A stretch of DNA of 64,000 nt, from positions 23,738 through 87,737 of IMG/VR virus record IMGVR_UViG_3300031240_000002. One strand, written 5' to 3'. Below, in pieces: positions 9,597 through 19,499 of the stretch. Position 1 is the stretch's first letter. Every line of letters starts with the position of its first letter. This DNA is from a virus. The position numbers and the translations under genes were made by a program. The notes under the pieces were generated by a model that saw nothing but the letters and a program-made list of their open reading frames with translations, did no database searches and had not been told where the DNA came from.

Positions 9597-11773
9597 CAGA
9601 GTCCCCCCGACTTCGTGTTCAGGATCGCGCTCAGGTTATCGGCGGTCGCGGCGGCCGCGGGGTCGGGGACGGACGTCGTCTTCGCCGCCTTCAGCTGGTC
9701 GTTGAGGTCCCGATCCTGCTTCGACAGATTCTGCGGGAGGTTCCGGGCCTCCTGGAAGGTGGCGAGCTCGATCGAGGCCGACCAGCCGTCATCCGAGTTC
9801 CACCGGTGCTCGACCGCCCGGCAGTAGAACCAGTCGGTCAGCTTCGTGCTCTGGAAGGCGGTCTCCAGCTTGGCGAGCGCCTGGTCGATCTTCGACTTCG
9901 ACGATGCGCTGTTTCCGTCCACTCCCGCCGAAGACTGGCGCGAGGTGGCGCCGGCGAAGCGCGGGCTGTCGGCCGACTCGAGCAGCGCGCGCCGCAGGAA
10001 CGCCGGGTTGTAGCGGCGCGCCATGAGCTCGGAGAGCCCGTTCACCACCTGGTTGTTGCTGGCGGGATCGGCGACGCCGACCATCACCCGGCACGGCGTC
10101 CCGGGCCGCAGGCGCAGCACGTCGGGGTTTGGCTTCCCGCTATCGGGGTCGTAGTAGCTGGCGAGGTCGGTGGTCTCGATGGTCACCACCGACTCGTGCC
10201 GACCGATCGTGTGGTAGAGCGCGACCGCGATCTGCTGGAGCTGCTCTTGCGAGCGGCACTCCTTGATGAGCCGGACCACCTCCTCCTCGATCGGGGCGTG
10301 GCCCTTGCCCACCTGGCCCGATCCCTTCGCCGAGACGGTCGTCCCGCGCGTGGTGGTCGGGAAGACAGCGGTCAACGTCCGCTTGCCGGCCGGAGCGTCG
10401 GGGTTGTGGCCGATGCAGCGGACCCGCGGCGCCTTCACACGCCCGTACTTCCGGGCGGTCTTCATGCTGGTGATGTTCGAGCCCCACACGAAGAACCGGC
10501 ACTGGCTGAAGACCTGGGTGGTCCCGCCGACGGTGATGGTCCGCGAGAAGCCGTCCGGCGGCCCGCCTGGGATCGTGATCCCGTCCTGCGGCGTCTCCAT
10601 CAGGTTCTGGGGCGGCATGAGGAGGATGTTGTTGGCGCCGATCGGCTGGGTGCTGCCGTCGGTGTCGACCGCCACGATCGACGGGTCATAGACCGGGATC
10701 ACCCCGGCCAGCCAGGCGGCGCGCGTGATGATGTCCCAGACGCTGACGTCGGCCACCTGGGGCGCGGGTGAGGAGAAGCCGACGCCGGCGGGCGTGCCGT
10801 TGCCGGGGTCCTGCCCCGGCGCTGTCCCTGGCGGCGGGGCGCCTTGCACCATGCCGCCGGCGGCGGCGCGGCTCTGGGCGCTCTGCAGGCTCTTCTTGAA
10901 CAGCTTGGCGTCCAGGAATGGGATCTGGCTGGGGTCGACGTTGGGGAACATCCGCACGCCGATCGGGTTGCCGTAGGTCCCGTTGAACTCGGGGATCGTC
11001 GAGACCAAGCGCTGCACGTAGGAGGTGATCGGCTCGCCGCCCTTTGCGATCCGGCGGGCCTTGGTGAACGGGTTGATCTTGAGGGCCATGAGGCGCTGCT
11101 CGAGCGAGAGCGCGGTGACGTGGACGGCCAGCCGCCCCTCGTCGGTGTCCATCGACTCCTCGTCGGCGTAGCCCCGGAAGACGGGGGGCGTCTGGAACAG
11201 CTTCGGGATCCAGCGGACGGGGTTGGCGAAGTCGTTCACCCCCACTTCGTCGCAGAAGACCTCGACGAACAGCGAGCGCACGAGGTCGGGCGGCAGCGGG
11301 AGGTTGGCGAGCGGGACCTCAAGCTCCAGCTTGTCGGCCTGGTTGAACCCGTTAAGCGAGAGCGTTAGGTCCGTCGGAACCACGCGCAGCTCGATCGAGT
11401 AGTCGTCCGCGCCAGCCCCGAGCGGCGCCGCCGCCTGCACGCCGGACGTCTTCCCCTGCTGCATCTTGGCGACCTTCTTGGTCGCCTGCTCGACTTGGGC
11501 GTCGAGGTTCACGTCGAGATCGCCGGAGGCACGTCGCACCGCCTGCAGCGCCTGCATCTGCTGGAGGTTCTGGACGGCCCTGGCGTGTGGGTCCTTGGCC
11601 GGTGCGCTCTCGACCTGGGCGAACTGGCCGTCGTCGTTCGTGAAGTCTTCGAGGCGGATCGTCAGCTTGATCGCGTAGGCCGGGCGGTAGACCTTCTCGG
11701 CGCCGCCGCTCGCTGGCACGCCGCTGTCGCCGGGGACGCCCGTGGGGGTCGCCGGGGTGACCGGTGACGCCAC
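9596..11773 (-). CDS. Baseplate hub protein (gp27/D-like)
   Basis: 725 aa directly upstream of the spike; C-terminal FYCRAVEHRWNSDDGWSASIEL is a typical hub ending. Confidence 0.7.
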   Translation of the reverse strand: MASPVTPATPTGVPGDSGVPASGGAEKVYRPAYAIKLTIRLEDFTNDDGQFAQVESAPAKDPHARAVQNLQQMQALQAVRRASGDLDVNLDAQVEQATKKVAKMQQGKTSGVQAAAPLGAGADDYSIELRVVPTDLTLSLNGFNQADKLELEVPLANLPLPPDLVRSLFVEVFCDEVGVNDFANPVRWIPKLFQTPPVFRGYADEESMDTDEGRLAVHVTALSLEQRLMALKINPFTKARRIAKGGEPITSYVQRLVSTIPEFNGTYGNPIGVRMFPNVDPSQIPFLDAKLFKKSLQSAQSRAAAGGMVQGAPPPGTAPGQDPGNGTPAGVGFSSPAPQVADVSVWDIITRAAWLAGVIPVYDPSIVAVDTDGSTQPIGANNILLMPPQNLMETPQDGITIPGGPPDGFSRTITVGGTTQVFSQCRFFVWGSNITSMKTARKYGRVKAPRVRCIGHNPDAPAGKRTLTAVFPTTTRGTTVSAKGSGQVGKGHAPIEEEVVRLIKECRSQEQLQQIAVALYHTIGRHESVVTIETTDLASYYDPDSGKPNPDVLRLRPGTPCRVMVGVADPASNNQVVNGLSELMARRYNPAFLRRALLESADSPRFAGATSRQSSAGVDGNSASSKSKIDQALAKLETAFQSTKLTDWFYCRAVEHRWNSDDGWSASIELATFQEARNLPQNLSKQDRDLNDQLKAAKTTSVPDPAAAATADNLSAILNTKSGGL

Positions 11774-11774
11774 G

Positions 11775-12986
11775 TCAGCACGCCTCGGTCAGATTGCTCG
11801 ACGTGCCCGACTGCGGGCGCGGGATGATGAGCGGTCGGTTGGGCCGGTCGCTCGGTCCGGTCGGCGCCGCGGGCACCGCCGATCCGTCGATATCGTTGGC
11901 CTGCTGGATGAGCCACCACAGCTCGGGCGTCCCGTAATGCTGCGCCGAGAGGTCCCGGAGATCGGTCCCCGGGATCGCCTGGATCTGCGCCATCACGTCG
12001 GGCTGGACGTTCACCGAGATCCCGGTCCCCGCGTCGTAGCAGGTCTCCGACGCTTGGTCGCACTGAGCGAGCACGTCGAAGAAGGAGTCCTTGATCCGGA
12101 TGATGTCGAGCGCGCTGTCGACCACCTCAAGCGCCACCAGGTTGATCGAGAGGATCGTCGAGGTCATGAGGGCGAGCGAGTCCATGGTGCTCTTGCATGC
12201 CCCGATCAGCTGCTGGGCGGCCGCCGCCGGGATGACGACGGCGCTGACGATGGCGCCCGAGGTGGTCTGGATCGTGTCGCTGGCGGTGTCGACCGCCTCG
12301 AACGCCCGGCTCATCGCGTCCAGCGCCGACTGCGGCAGCCCGATCTTGCCGACCTGCGGTCCGTTCTGGACTGCGGTCCACATGGCCGTCGCCTCGTCCG
12401 CGTCGTTGAGGACGTCGGCGAAGCCGGCGCGCGGGTTCATTTGGGCGGTGGCGGAGATCGCGCTGGCCGTCGCCTCCCCGTTCGACCGCCACTCGAACTC
12501 CATCTCCCAGGGGATGTCCTGGGGGCGGATGGGGGACGGCTTGAAGCGGACGAGCATCCCCACGCGGACGATCGGATCCGTCGTGAGCGTCGGGTTGCTC
12601 ACCGTGCCGGCGAGGCCGTGGCCCCAGGAGACCTCCACCGAGAGGCCGCGGGCGACGATGCTCTCGAAGAGGGCCAGCAGCGACATGGAGGCGCCGTCGC
12701 CGAGGAAGCGGTCGTTCCACTCGCCGGTGACCGTGGTGTTCGAGTAGGTCGGCCCGATCGCCTGCTGCGTCCCGACCGGGTTCCCCGGCGGATACTTCAG
12801 GCTCGTCCTCTGCTTGACCTCCCAGGAGACGCCAGCCTGTAGCGGCCCGGCGCGACCGCTCAGCGACACCACGCCCGGCGGCTGGTTCGGCTGCAGCACG
12901 GCGACGGAGAGGTCCCCCTCGATCACCTTGATCTGGAAGGGGAGCGCCTGCGAGGCGAAGAGCGAAGCGACGGCGACGCCCGACAT
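11775..12986 (-). CDS. Tail tube initiator / LysM-domain baseplate protein
   Basis: Directly after tape measure; C-terminal DLRDLSAQHYGTPELWWLIQQANDI is LysM-like. Confidence 0.75.
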   Translation of the reverse strand: MSGVAVASLFASQALPFQIKVIEGDLSVAVLQPNQPPGVVSLSGRAGPLQAGVSWEVKQRTSLKYPPGNPVGTQQAIGPTYSNTTVTGEWNDRFLGDGASMSLLALFESIVARGLSVEVSWGHGLAGTVSNPTLTTDPIVRVGMLVRFKPSPIRPQDIPWEMEFEWRSNGEATASAISATAQMNPRAGFADVLNDADEATAMWTAVQNGPQVGKIGLPQSALDAMSRAFEAVDTASDTIQTTSGAIVSAVVIPAAAAQQLIGACKSTMDSLALMTSTILSINLVALEVVDSALDIIRIKDSFFDVLAQCDQASETCYDAGTGISVNVQPDVMAQIQAIPGTDLRDLSAQHYGTPELWWLIQQANDIDGSAVPAAPTGPSDRPNRPLIIPRPQSGTSSNLTEAC

Positions 12987-14695
12987 TAGTGGCTCTCGTG
13001 CTCGGCTTCACGCGACTGCATCGGGGTCGATGCTAGACCCTCCAGGTCGCTCTTGAAACGGAGGAAGACCCGGTCCGGGTCGGCGTCCTCGAACTTCTGC
13101 TGGATGTGGATCCCGCCGTTGAAGTTCTGGACCGGGGGACCGCTGACCTTGCGCGCGGTGTCGTCGATCGTGCTTGAGGTGGCCGCCGCCGTTGCCGCGA
13201 GGCTCTGCTGGAGGATCTCGGCCGCCATCGCCCCCAGCTGGCCGCTCGAGGAGAGATCGCCCGCTCCCGGGATCCGCCCCGCAAAGGACCGCTTCACGTC
13301 GTCGGACATCGAGTCCATCACGCCGTTGAACTTCTCCAGCGAGATCGCCCCGTTCTCGAACAGCCCCTTCTGCTTGAGGATCTCCGCCGCAGCCTGGGCG
13401 TGCGCCGCCGCCTCCCGCTTCACCCCCTCGATCTGGTAGGGGCTCAGCTCGGCGTCGTGCTTCCGGACGTATGCGGTCGTCTTGGCCGCCTTCCCGATCT
13501 CGTCGAAGAACCCGCCGAGCTCGCCCGCCGCCTTCTTCCGTCCCTGCCACTCCTCGTAGACGCCGTGGAGGGCGATCGCCGCCAAGCCAGCCGCCGTGAC
13601 GATCCCACCGAACGCGGGCGCCACCTTGCCGATCATCCCGAAGATCCCGCCGAGACCCGACAGCGCCCCGCTGCCCATCGCGCCGCCGGCGGTCCCCAGC
13701 GCGCCACCGATCGACGTCGCCATCTGCCCGGCCTTGAGCCCCGCGAAGACCGCGCCGATCGCGATCCAGTGATCCTTGATGAACCCGCTGACCGCCTCGA
13801 CCGCGTGTAGTCCGGTGACCAGCTTCCCCGACACGTCCTCGATGAGCGGCCGCCCGTTGTCCCGCGCCTCCTTGAGGTGCTTGGCCCAGGCCGAGAGATC
13901 GAGCGCGACCTCGTGAAAGAGCGGCGCCGTCGCCCCCCGGAAGACGCTGTCGACCGTCTGCCGCGCGCGCGCCAGCGACCCGTCGATCCCGTTGTTCATC
14001 TCCTCGGCTACCTGCATCGACCCGCGGAGCGCCTTCTCCAGGTGCTGGAGGCGTCCGGCCTGAGAGAGATGCTGCATGTTGCCGACCGCGTTGTGCAGCG
14101 AGATCGCGAACGGGTCGATCCCCTTCACGCGCCCGGTCTGGAGAGCGCGCGCGACGGCGCCCGCCGCCTCTTCGCCGGTGACCTGGAACCGCTTGGCAGT
14201 GGCGGTGGCTTCCTTCGTCAGGTCCATGACCTGCTTCTGGGAGAGGTGCATCGGTCCGGCCGCCGAGATGACCGTGCGGTAGGCCCCCTGGATGTCGTCG
14301 AGCGACGCGCCGTACTTGACGCTCGCCTCTTCGAGCTCCTCGGTGATGTCCTTCGAGAGAACCAGCGATCGCCGGTAGCGATCAATCTCCGTGGCCCCCT
14401 TCTCGAACTTCAGCGCGCCCGCCAGGACGCCGGCGATCCCCTTCTCCGTCCGGCCGAACTCAGCGTTGACCTCCCGGGCGTGCTCGACCCAGCTCCCGAT
14501 CCCCACCCCGAGCCCGAGCGCGCCGAGCGTCGAGAGACCGGTCTCCTGCCGGAACTCCCCCAGCTTGTTCTTCAGCTCGGCGAGATGCTCGGCCCCCTTT
14601 CGGTAGGTCTCGAGCATCCGCTCCATCGCCGCGCCGTACCCGGCATCCTTGGCGGTGAACTCGGTTTCTACTGTCCTGGTTTCGGTCTCTCCCAC
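12986..14695 (-). CDS. Tape measure protein
   Basis: 569 aa, helical, Ala/Gly-rich with hydrophobic stretches; follows the chaperone pair. Confidence 0.8.
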   Translation of the reverse strand: MGETETRTVETEFTAKDAGYGAAMERMLETYRKGAEHLAELKNKLGEFRQETGLSTLGALGLGVGIGSWVEHAREVNAEFGRTEKGIAGVLAGALKFEKGATEIDRYRRSLVLSKDITEELEEASVKYGASLDDIQGAYRTVISAAGPMHLSQKQVMDLTKEATATAKRFQVTGEEAAGAVARALQTGRVKGIDPFAISLHNAVGNMQHLSQAGRLQHLEKALRGSMQVAEEMNNGIDGSLARARQTVDSVFRGATAPLFHEVALDLSAWAKHLKEARDNGRPLIEDVSGKLVTGLHAVEAVSGFIKDHWIAIGAVFAGLKAGQMATSIGGALGTAGGAMGSGALSGLGGIFGMIGKVAPAFGGIVTAAGLAAIALHGVYEEWQGRKKAAGELGGFFDEIGKAAKTTAYVRKHDAELSPYQIEGVKREAAAHAQAAAEILKQKGLFENGAISLEKFNGVMDSMSDDVKRSFAGRIPGAGDLSSSGQLGAMAAEILQQSLAATAAATSSTIDDTARKVSGPPVQNFNGGIHIQQKFEDADPDRVFLRFKSDLEGLASTPMQSREAEHESH

Positions 14696-14699
14696 GGCG

Positions 14700-14900
14700 T
14701 CACTTCTTCCCCGAGTCGTTCTCGCGCTGGACGATCCTGCCGACAGCGGCGATCAGCCGGCGGCGCCCCTCGCCGGTGAGCTGCAGGATCTCCGACATCT
14801 GCTGGTGCCCGTAGCGCCCGAGATAGGCGATGTCGTCAAAGATCGCGTCTATCTCGCGCTCGCGGATTAGGGCATTCGCCGAACCCGCGACTTGAAAAAA
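14700..14900 (-). CDS. Tail assembly chaperone -1 frameshift extension (gpGT-like)
   Basis: The -1 frame after the slippery T-TTT-TTC (14900-14894) reads FFQVAGSANALIREREIDAIFDDIAYLGRYGHQ...GKK. Confidence 0.75.
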   Translation of the reverse strand, partial: FFQVAGSANALIREREIDAIFDDIAYLGRYGHQQMSEILQLTGEGRRRLIAAVGRIVQRENDSGKK

Positions 14901-15235
14901 TCGGCGCGGTTCTCCTTGCTGACGTTGTGCACGTCGCCGTACGCGGCCACCAGGTAGTCGCGGCACCTCGGCCCCCAGTTGTCGGTGGGCGAGAGCGCGG
15001 GGTCCACCGGCTTCCCGTCGATCTGAACGATCGATCGGACGGCGCGGACCCAGAGCCCCTTGAAGCCGAAGTCTCCGCCGGCCTCGATGGAGGCGTCCGC
15101 CTCCTGCAGGGTCGTGAGCGGCTGGATCGTGAAGGAGTGAGGATCCGTCTCGAACTCCCGATCGGCATCGGGGATCGTGTAGTCGTAGAGCGGCCTGGCG
15201 AGCTGCGGGGCGAACTTTTCGGCGACGGTGGTCAT
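14867..15235 (-). CDS. Tail assembly chaperone (gpG-like)
   Basis: 122 aa between tube and tape measure, ending in a slippery heptamer. Confidence 0.8.
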   Translation of the reverse strand: MTTVAEKFAPQLARPLYDYTIPDADREFETDPHSFTIQPLTTLQEADASIEAGGDFGFKGLWVRAVRSIVQIDGKPVDPALSPTDNWGPRCRDYLVAAYGDVHNVSKENRADFFKSRVRRMP

Positions 15236-15271
15236 GGGCGGGTTCCTCCGCCGCCGAAGATACCACCGGGG

Positions 15272-15718
15272 CTACACCCCCGAGAGAATGAAGTCCTCGG
15301 CCTCGCACTGGAACCGGAACCCCCCGTAGCTCTCTCGGTTCTGGAGCGCGAAGGACGGGTCCTGGAACTTCAGGTCGGGGATGGTGATCCGGGGCCGCGT
15401 CCCGTCGGCCATGTTGCAGGTAAAGCGCAGGTTGACCTGGGCGTTCGCCTGCGCGGTCCGGCGCGCCATCCGGTCGCGCAGCGTGCGCACCATGATGAAC
15501 GGCTCCTTCGACGTCACGTCGAAACCGAACTCGACCTTGGTCCCCTTGTAGATGTCGTCCTTCATCTCGGTCGTCTGACCGAGGTAGGACTTCCGCAAGA
15601 TCTCGGCGAGGACCGTCCAGGTGAGGTTCTCGATCATGACGAGGGTGCGCAGGATCGTGCCCCCCTGCGTGATCCGCAGCTGGACCTCCTGCCCCCGGAG
15701 TCTGAGTTCGTCGGCCAT
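15272..15718 (-). CDS. Tail tube protein
   Basis: 148 aa, beta-rich, directly after the sheath. Confidence 0.75.
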   Translation of the reverse strand: MADELRLRGQEVQLRITQGGTILRTLVMIENLTWTVLAEILRKSYLGQTTEMKDDIYKGTKVEFGFDVTSKEPFIMVRTLRDRMARRTAQANAQVNLRFTCNMADGTRPRITIPDLKFQDPSFALQNRESYGGFRFQCEAEDFILSGV

Positions 15719-15734
15719 GGTGCTCGTCGTCTCC

Positions 15735-17429
15735 TTATGCCGCTGCCGCGACGCTGGTCGGAACCGTGACCGTCTCGCCGATCTCCGCGAGGAACATGAT
15801 GTAGTCCATGCTCGCCAGCGTCTGGACGTAGACCTTCACCACGAAGATCCCGAGCGCCATCTGCGCGGCGGTGTTGCCCGAGACGTCGTCGACCAGGTAG
15901 TCGACGATCCGCTGCTGGGACGGGTCGTTCACCGACTTGAGGCTGTCGAGGAAGGTCTCGATCTCCTGGACGAACGCCTCTTGCCGGTCGGTGGTCGACG
16001 GCTGCTTCAGGTACGGCGCGGCGATGTCGCCGAGCGTGTCCTCGATGAAGTCGGCCATCCGGCGCCGCTTGATGGGCGTGCGGGTCGGGTAGAGGACGCT
16101 GTTGGCGGCCGTCACCCCTTGCATGAACTGCCAGCCGGCCTGGCGGTCGAAGTAGAGCGCGCAGACGCCGGCGGCGATGAGGTTGGCGTAGTCCTGCTTC
16201 GCCAGCGGGTTGAGGACGAACGCCTGCTCCGGAGCCGTGATCGCCTGAATGAACTGGTTCGCCGCCCCCGGGTTCACCTCCTGCGGGAAGTTGGACAGCG
16301 TCACCGCCATCATCCCGTCGAGGTTGATGGTGACCGCGATGTTGCCGAAGTCGGGCACCACGATCTGGTGCTGCGGGTAGCAGATGATCACGCGGTCGGC
16401 CGGCTGCGGGTAGGCGTCCGCAGAGGCCAAGCCGATCGCGGCGGTGGTGGCGGCCGCCGCCTGGATAGCCGTGGTCCCCGCCGCGGGGTCGGCCGAGACG
16501 CAGCAGACGCGGGCCGGGCCGTTCCCGGAGGCGTTGTTGGCGTTCGCGCCGAGCGACTGGCGGATCGCCTGGGTCCGACGGGCCGCCCAGATGACGTTGA
16601 TCGAGGTGAGCGGATCCGCGTTGGGCAGCGTCGAGCTGATGGCCGCCGGGTACTGGCTGGCGATGCGCGCGGCCAGCGTCGTCCCGGTGCCGCTCGGCCA
16701 GAGGATCGTGGCGTTGTTGACCGCCGTGATGGTGGTCGCCGGGTCTGCGTTCGGGATGACCGAGTCGAGCACGTTGACGATGGCCGTCGCGGCGGTGGCG
16801 ACCACCGGCTCGACGACGAGGATCGGGAAGCAGTTGACCGCCACCGTGACCGCATTGCTGGTGACGGTGGTCCCCTGCGGGATGGTGGTATTCCCGCTGG
16901 TCGCGAAGATGCGGGTCGACGCGGCGGCGGTGCTGGAACTCCCGAACCGATAGCCGGCGGGAATGGTCAGCACCTTGTTGGTGAGGCCCGCGGCCTGGTC
17001 CGCCGCCGCCACCGTGACGGTGATGGTCAGCTGCCCCTTGGTGGTCCCGCCATCGGTCGTCACGGCCTCGTGATCGACGCGGGCCAGGATGAGGCGCTGG
17101 AAGGTTTTGCCGAGCAGCTGGAGGCCGGCGTTCCCCTCGTAGGCGCTCGCGCCGGCGGCTCCGAAGATGTTGCCCTGGCGGCCGGCAGAGTCCTGCCCGA
17201 GGTAGGGGTAGATCGTCCCGTTCGCGGTGTAGATGGCCCGGTACTGGCCGTCCGACGTGACCTCGCTGGGACCGAACGGGCCGGCGATGAACTCGCCAAC
17301 CAAGCAGGCCGCGCCAGGCTGCGTGCCGAGGACGATGTTCGGTCCGGTCAGATCGACGACGACGATCTGGGGGACCGCCAGGATCTGGTTGAGCGGCGGG
17401 ACCGAGGTCGTCCTGAGGAAGAAGGCCAT
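15735..17429 (-). CDS. Tail sheath protein
   Basis: C-terminal RRMADFIEDTL...IETFLDSL...NTAAQMALGIFVVKVYVQTLASMDYI matches the sheath C-terminal domain. Confidence 0.9.
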   Translation of the reverse strand: MAFFLRTTSVPPLNQILAVPQIVVVDLTGPNIVLGTQPGAACLVGEFIAGPFGPSEVTSDGQYRAIYTANGTIYPYLGQDSAGRQGNIFGAAGASAYEGNAGLQLLGKTFQRLILARVDHEAVTTDGGTTKGQLTITVTVAAADQAAGLTNKVLTIPAGYRFGSSSTAAASTRIFATSGNTTIPQGTTVTSNAVTVAVNCFPILVVEPVVATAATAIVNVLDSVIPNADPATTITAVNNATILWPSGTGTTLAARIASQYPAAISSTLPNADPLTSINVIWAARRTQAIRQSLGANANNASGNGPARVCCVSADPAAGTTAIQAAAATTAAIGLASADAYPQPADRVIICYPQHQIVVPDFGNIAVTINLDGMMAVTLSNFPQEVNPGAANQFIQAITAPEQAFVLNPLAKQDYANLIAAGVCALYFDRQAGWQFMQGVTAANSVLYPTRTPIKRRRMADFIEDTLGDIAAPYLKQPSTTDRQEAFVQEIETFLDSLKSVNDPSQQRIVDYLVDDVSGNTAAQMALGIFVVKVYVQTLASMDYIMFLAEIGETVTVPTSVAAAA

Positions 17430-17482
17430 CTATTCTCCGCGGGGTTGCTAGGGTCTCGTCACCTCCTCCTGGTCGCCGTTGG

Positions 17483-17533
17483 TCCTGAGTTCCCCCGAAT
17501 CGTCGGCGGGCATGACCCGCCCGTCAAGTAGGG
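17483..17533 (-). promoter_or_regulatory. Putative late promoter of sheath: CCCTACTTGACG-N17-GACGAT...GAACTCAGGA
   Basis: Same layout as the element upstream of the major capsid gene. Confidence 0.6.
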
Positions 17534-17539
17534 CCAGCC

Positions 17540-18226
17540 TCAGCGGCCGGGGATCGAGTCGACGATCGTGCTCGTGATCCGCACGCGCATCGGCTGCATC
17601 GGCTGGAGCATGACGAGCGACGCCTCGGCCCGCAGGCGGAACCGCGCCTCGTAGATCTTCTTTGCGGAGGTGTCCGCGTCGTCCATCTTCCGCGAGGCGA
17701 GCAGCGTCAGGCGGCAGGGGAGCCGCCAGTATTCGGGCATCTCCGCCACGATCACCCCGGCGCGGTCCCCCGGCGCGAGCCGAGCCGAGCCCGCCTGGCC
17801 GTGCCCGTCCACGACCAGCAAGCCGCGCGGGTCCTGGAAGGCCGTCTCGATCCCGCCCTTGAGGGCGTTGCGCTGCTCGACCTCGCTGGCGCGCACCACG
17901 ATCTCGAACTCGCGGGACGCCTCCTGGATCTCCATCAGACAGAACCCAGCCTCCCCCTTCGGCTCCCAGGTGTCCTCGAGCGCGTGGGGGGTCATCTGGC
18001 TCGGCCCGTACTTCAGCTCCTCGTCCGGGAGGACGGCGGCCGATGGGTTCACGAAGGCGTCGTTGAGGTCGGCCCAGTCGGTGAAGAACTCCAGGAGGCG
18101 GATGGTGCCGGCGCCGCCGGGGCCGGGGAAGTCGCGGTCGAGGACGCGCTCGACGGCCAGGGAGATCGCCGTCTCGAGATCGGTGCTCGCGCTTCGGGAA
18201 TAGAGTTCGCGCTGGAAGATCCCCAC
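17540..18226 (-). CDS. Tail terminator/completion protein
   Basis: 228 aa just upstream of the sheath; assignment mostly from position. Confidence 0.55.
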   Translation of the reverse strand: MGIFQRELYSRSASTDLETAISLAVERVLDRDFPGPGGAGTIRLLEFFTDWADLNDAFVNPSAAVLPDEELKYGPSQMTPHALEDTWEPKGEAGFCLMEIQEASREFEIVVRASEVEQRNALKGGIETAFQDPRGLLVVDGHGQAGSARLAPGDRAGVIVAEMPEYWRLPCRLTLLASRKMDDADTSAKKIYEARFRLRAEASLVMLQPMQPMRVRITSTIVDSIPGR

Positions 18227-18269
18227 CCGCCGATTCTAAGCGCGGCGCGCGCGGGCGGCGAGACGCTGG

Positions 18270-18909
18270 TCAGACGTCCGCCCAGGCCAGTCCGCGACAC
18301 AGCCGGCTCACATGCGACGAATGAACCCCGAAGGCCGCTCCCAGCGCGACGGTCGTCTCGCCCATGCCCCGCCGCCGCCTGATCTCCACGACGGTCTCGG
18401 CGGTGAGCTTGTTAGACCGTGTGTTGTGGGCCTGCTCGGCTGCGGTTGCCCATTTGCAGTTGTCGGGCTCGTAGTTCCCGTTCGTGTTCTCCCGTTCGAT
18501 GGAATGCCGCGCAGTCGGTTTACGACCCATGTCCTGCAGGAACGCCTCGTAGGATTCGCGCCCACCGCGCGCAGACCTGAATCCCCCTGCCTCCGTAGTC
18601 CGAGTACCCGGTCGCGCGTGGGTTCGTGCAGCGCTGGATCATCAGATGCCAGCACTCGTATTCAGCCGACCGAGGCCCTCGGGATTCGCCGTGTGTCCGC
18701 AGCAATGCCCGCGCCTTTTCGGCCGAGACGCACCCACATGACTGGGAGGTGCCGAGCCTGAGACTGGTCCCTTTTACCTCGATCTCTCGGCCGCAGTCGC
18801 AGCGGCAGATCCACCGTCGGCCCTGGGCATCTGTCCGAGGCGGTCCAACGCGAAGGACGACCAGCCTGCCGTATCGGTTCCCGGTTTCGTCTTTCGTGCC
18901 GCGCCTCAT
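18270..18909 (-). pseudogene. HNH homing endonuclease, frameshifted
   Basis: GNRYGRLVV..WICRCDCG..YGGRGIQVCARW in one frame and ESYEAFLQDMGRKP..SIERENTNGNYEPDNCKWAT in another; extra G in TGGG near 18561. Confidence 0.8.
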
Positions 18910-19499
18910 CTAGCTCGCTCGGCCGCCGCTTTTCGATCCCACTCGGCGCGGCCCTCCGGGGTGAGCATCTGCCAATAGTTGTCGGCGAACAGGACCAGCA
19001 GCCGGCGCAGCTCGCGCTGGCCTTCTCTTCCCAGGGCGACATACCAAGGCGCCTTTCCTCCGACCTTTCCATCGATAGCCCGATGCGCGTCACGGGAGAG
19101 CGGAGCGGTCAAACGATCCGGAGCGCGGCGCCAGCCTCCTGATCCCGTGGCGCCGCGGTCCCCGAGGTGGGCAACCTCAATCGGGCCGCCATAGCTCATG
19201 ATGATCGCCACATTGGCTGGCGGGATGTTCCCGTTCCTGGCCAGGCGGCGGAGCATGCACCAGAGCCCCGAGTAGAAGAGCATTCGGCCGAGCTCTCGGG
19301 GGCGCCGTCGGTGCTTGGTCCCCTTCGGCGAGACGGGCTTGGGGAACTTCGGCTGGAAACTTTCAGGCAACTTCAGCGCGCGCTTTCCATCAACGCGGCG
19401 CGATGTGCCCCAGCGCTTCCGCTCGATCGGCTTCCCCCGGCGCATCGGCTGGCGGGGCTTCTTCGGCGCGCGGACCGGCTTGGGCTGCGGGCGGATCAC
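18906..19499 (-). CDS. Hypothetical basic protein, degenerate DUF968/HNH-like nuclease
   Basis: EVAHLGDRG..G...PDRLTAPLSRDAH resembles the H..G.G.K.PD...PLC..HH pattern with the Cys lost. Confidence 0.45.
   Translation of the reverse strand: MIRPQPKPVRAPKKPRQPMRRGKPIERKRWGTSRRVDGKRALKLPESFQPKFPKPVSPKGTKHRRRPRELGRMLFYSGLWCMLRRLARNGNIPPANVAIIMSYGGPIEVAHLGDRGATGSGGWRRAPDRLTAPLSRDAHRAIDGKVGGKAPWYVALGREGQRELRRLLVLFADNYWQMLTPEGRAEWDRKAAAERAR

Noticed and set aside
6861-17429. eCIS / tailocin / T6SS interpretation of the sheath-baseplate block
   Set aside because: Capsid, portal, scaffold and terminase are present, so it is a phage tail.
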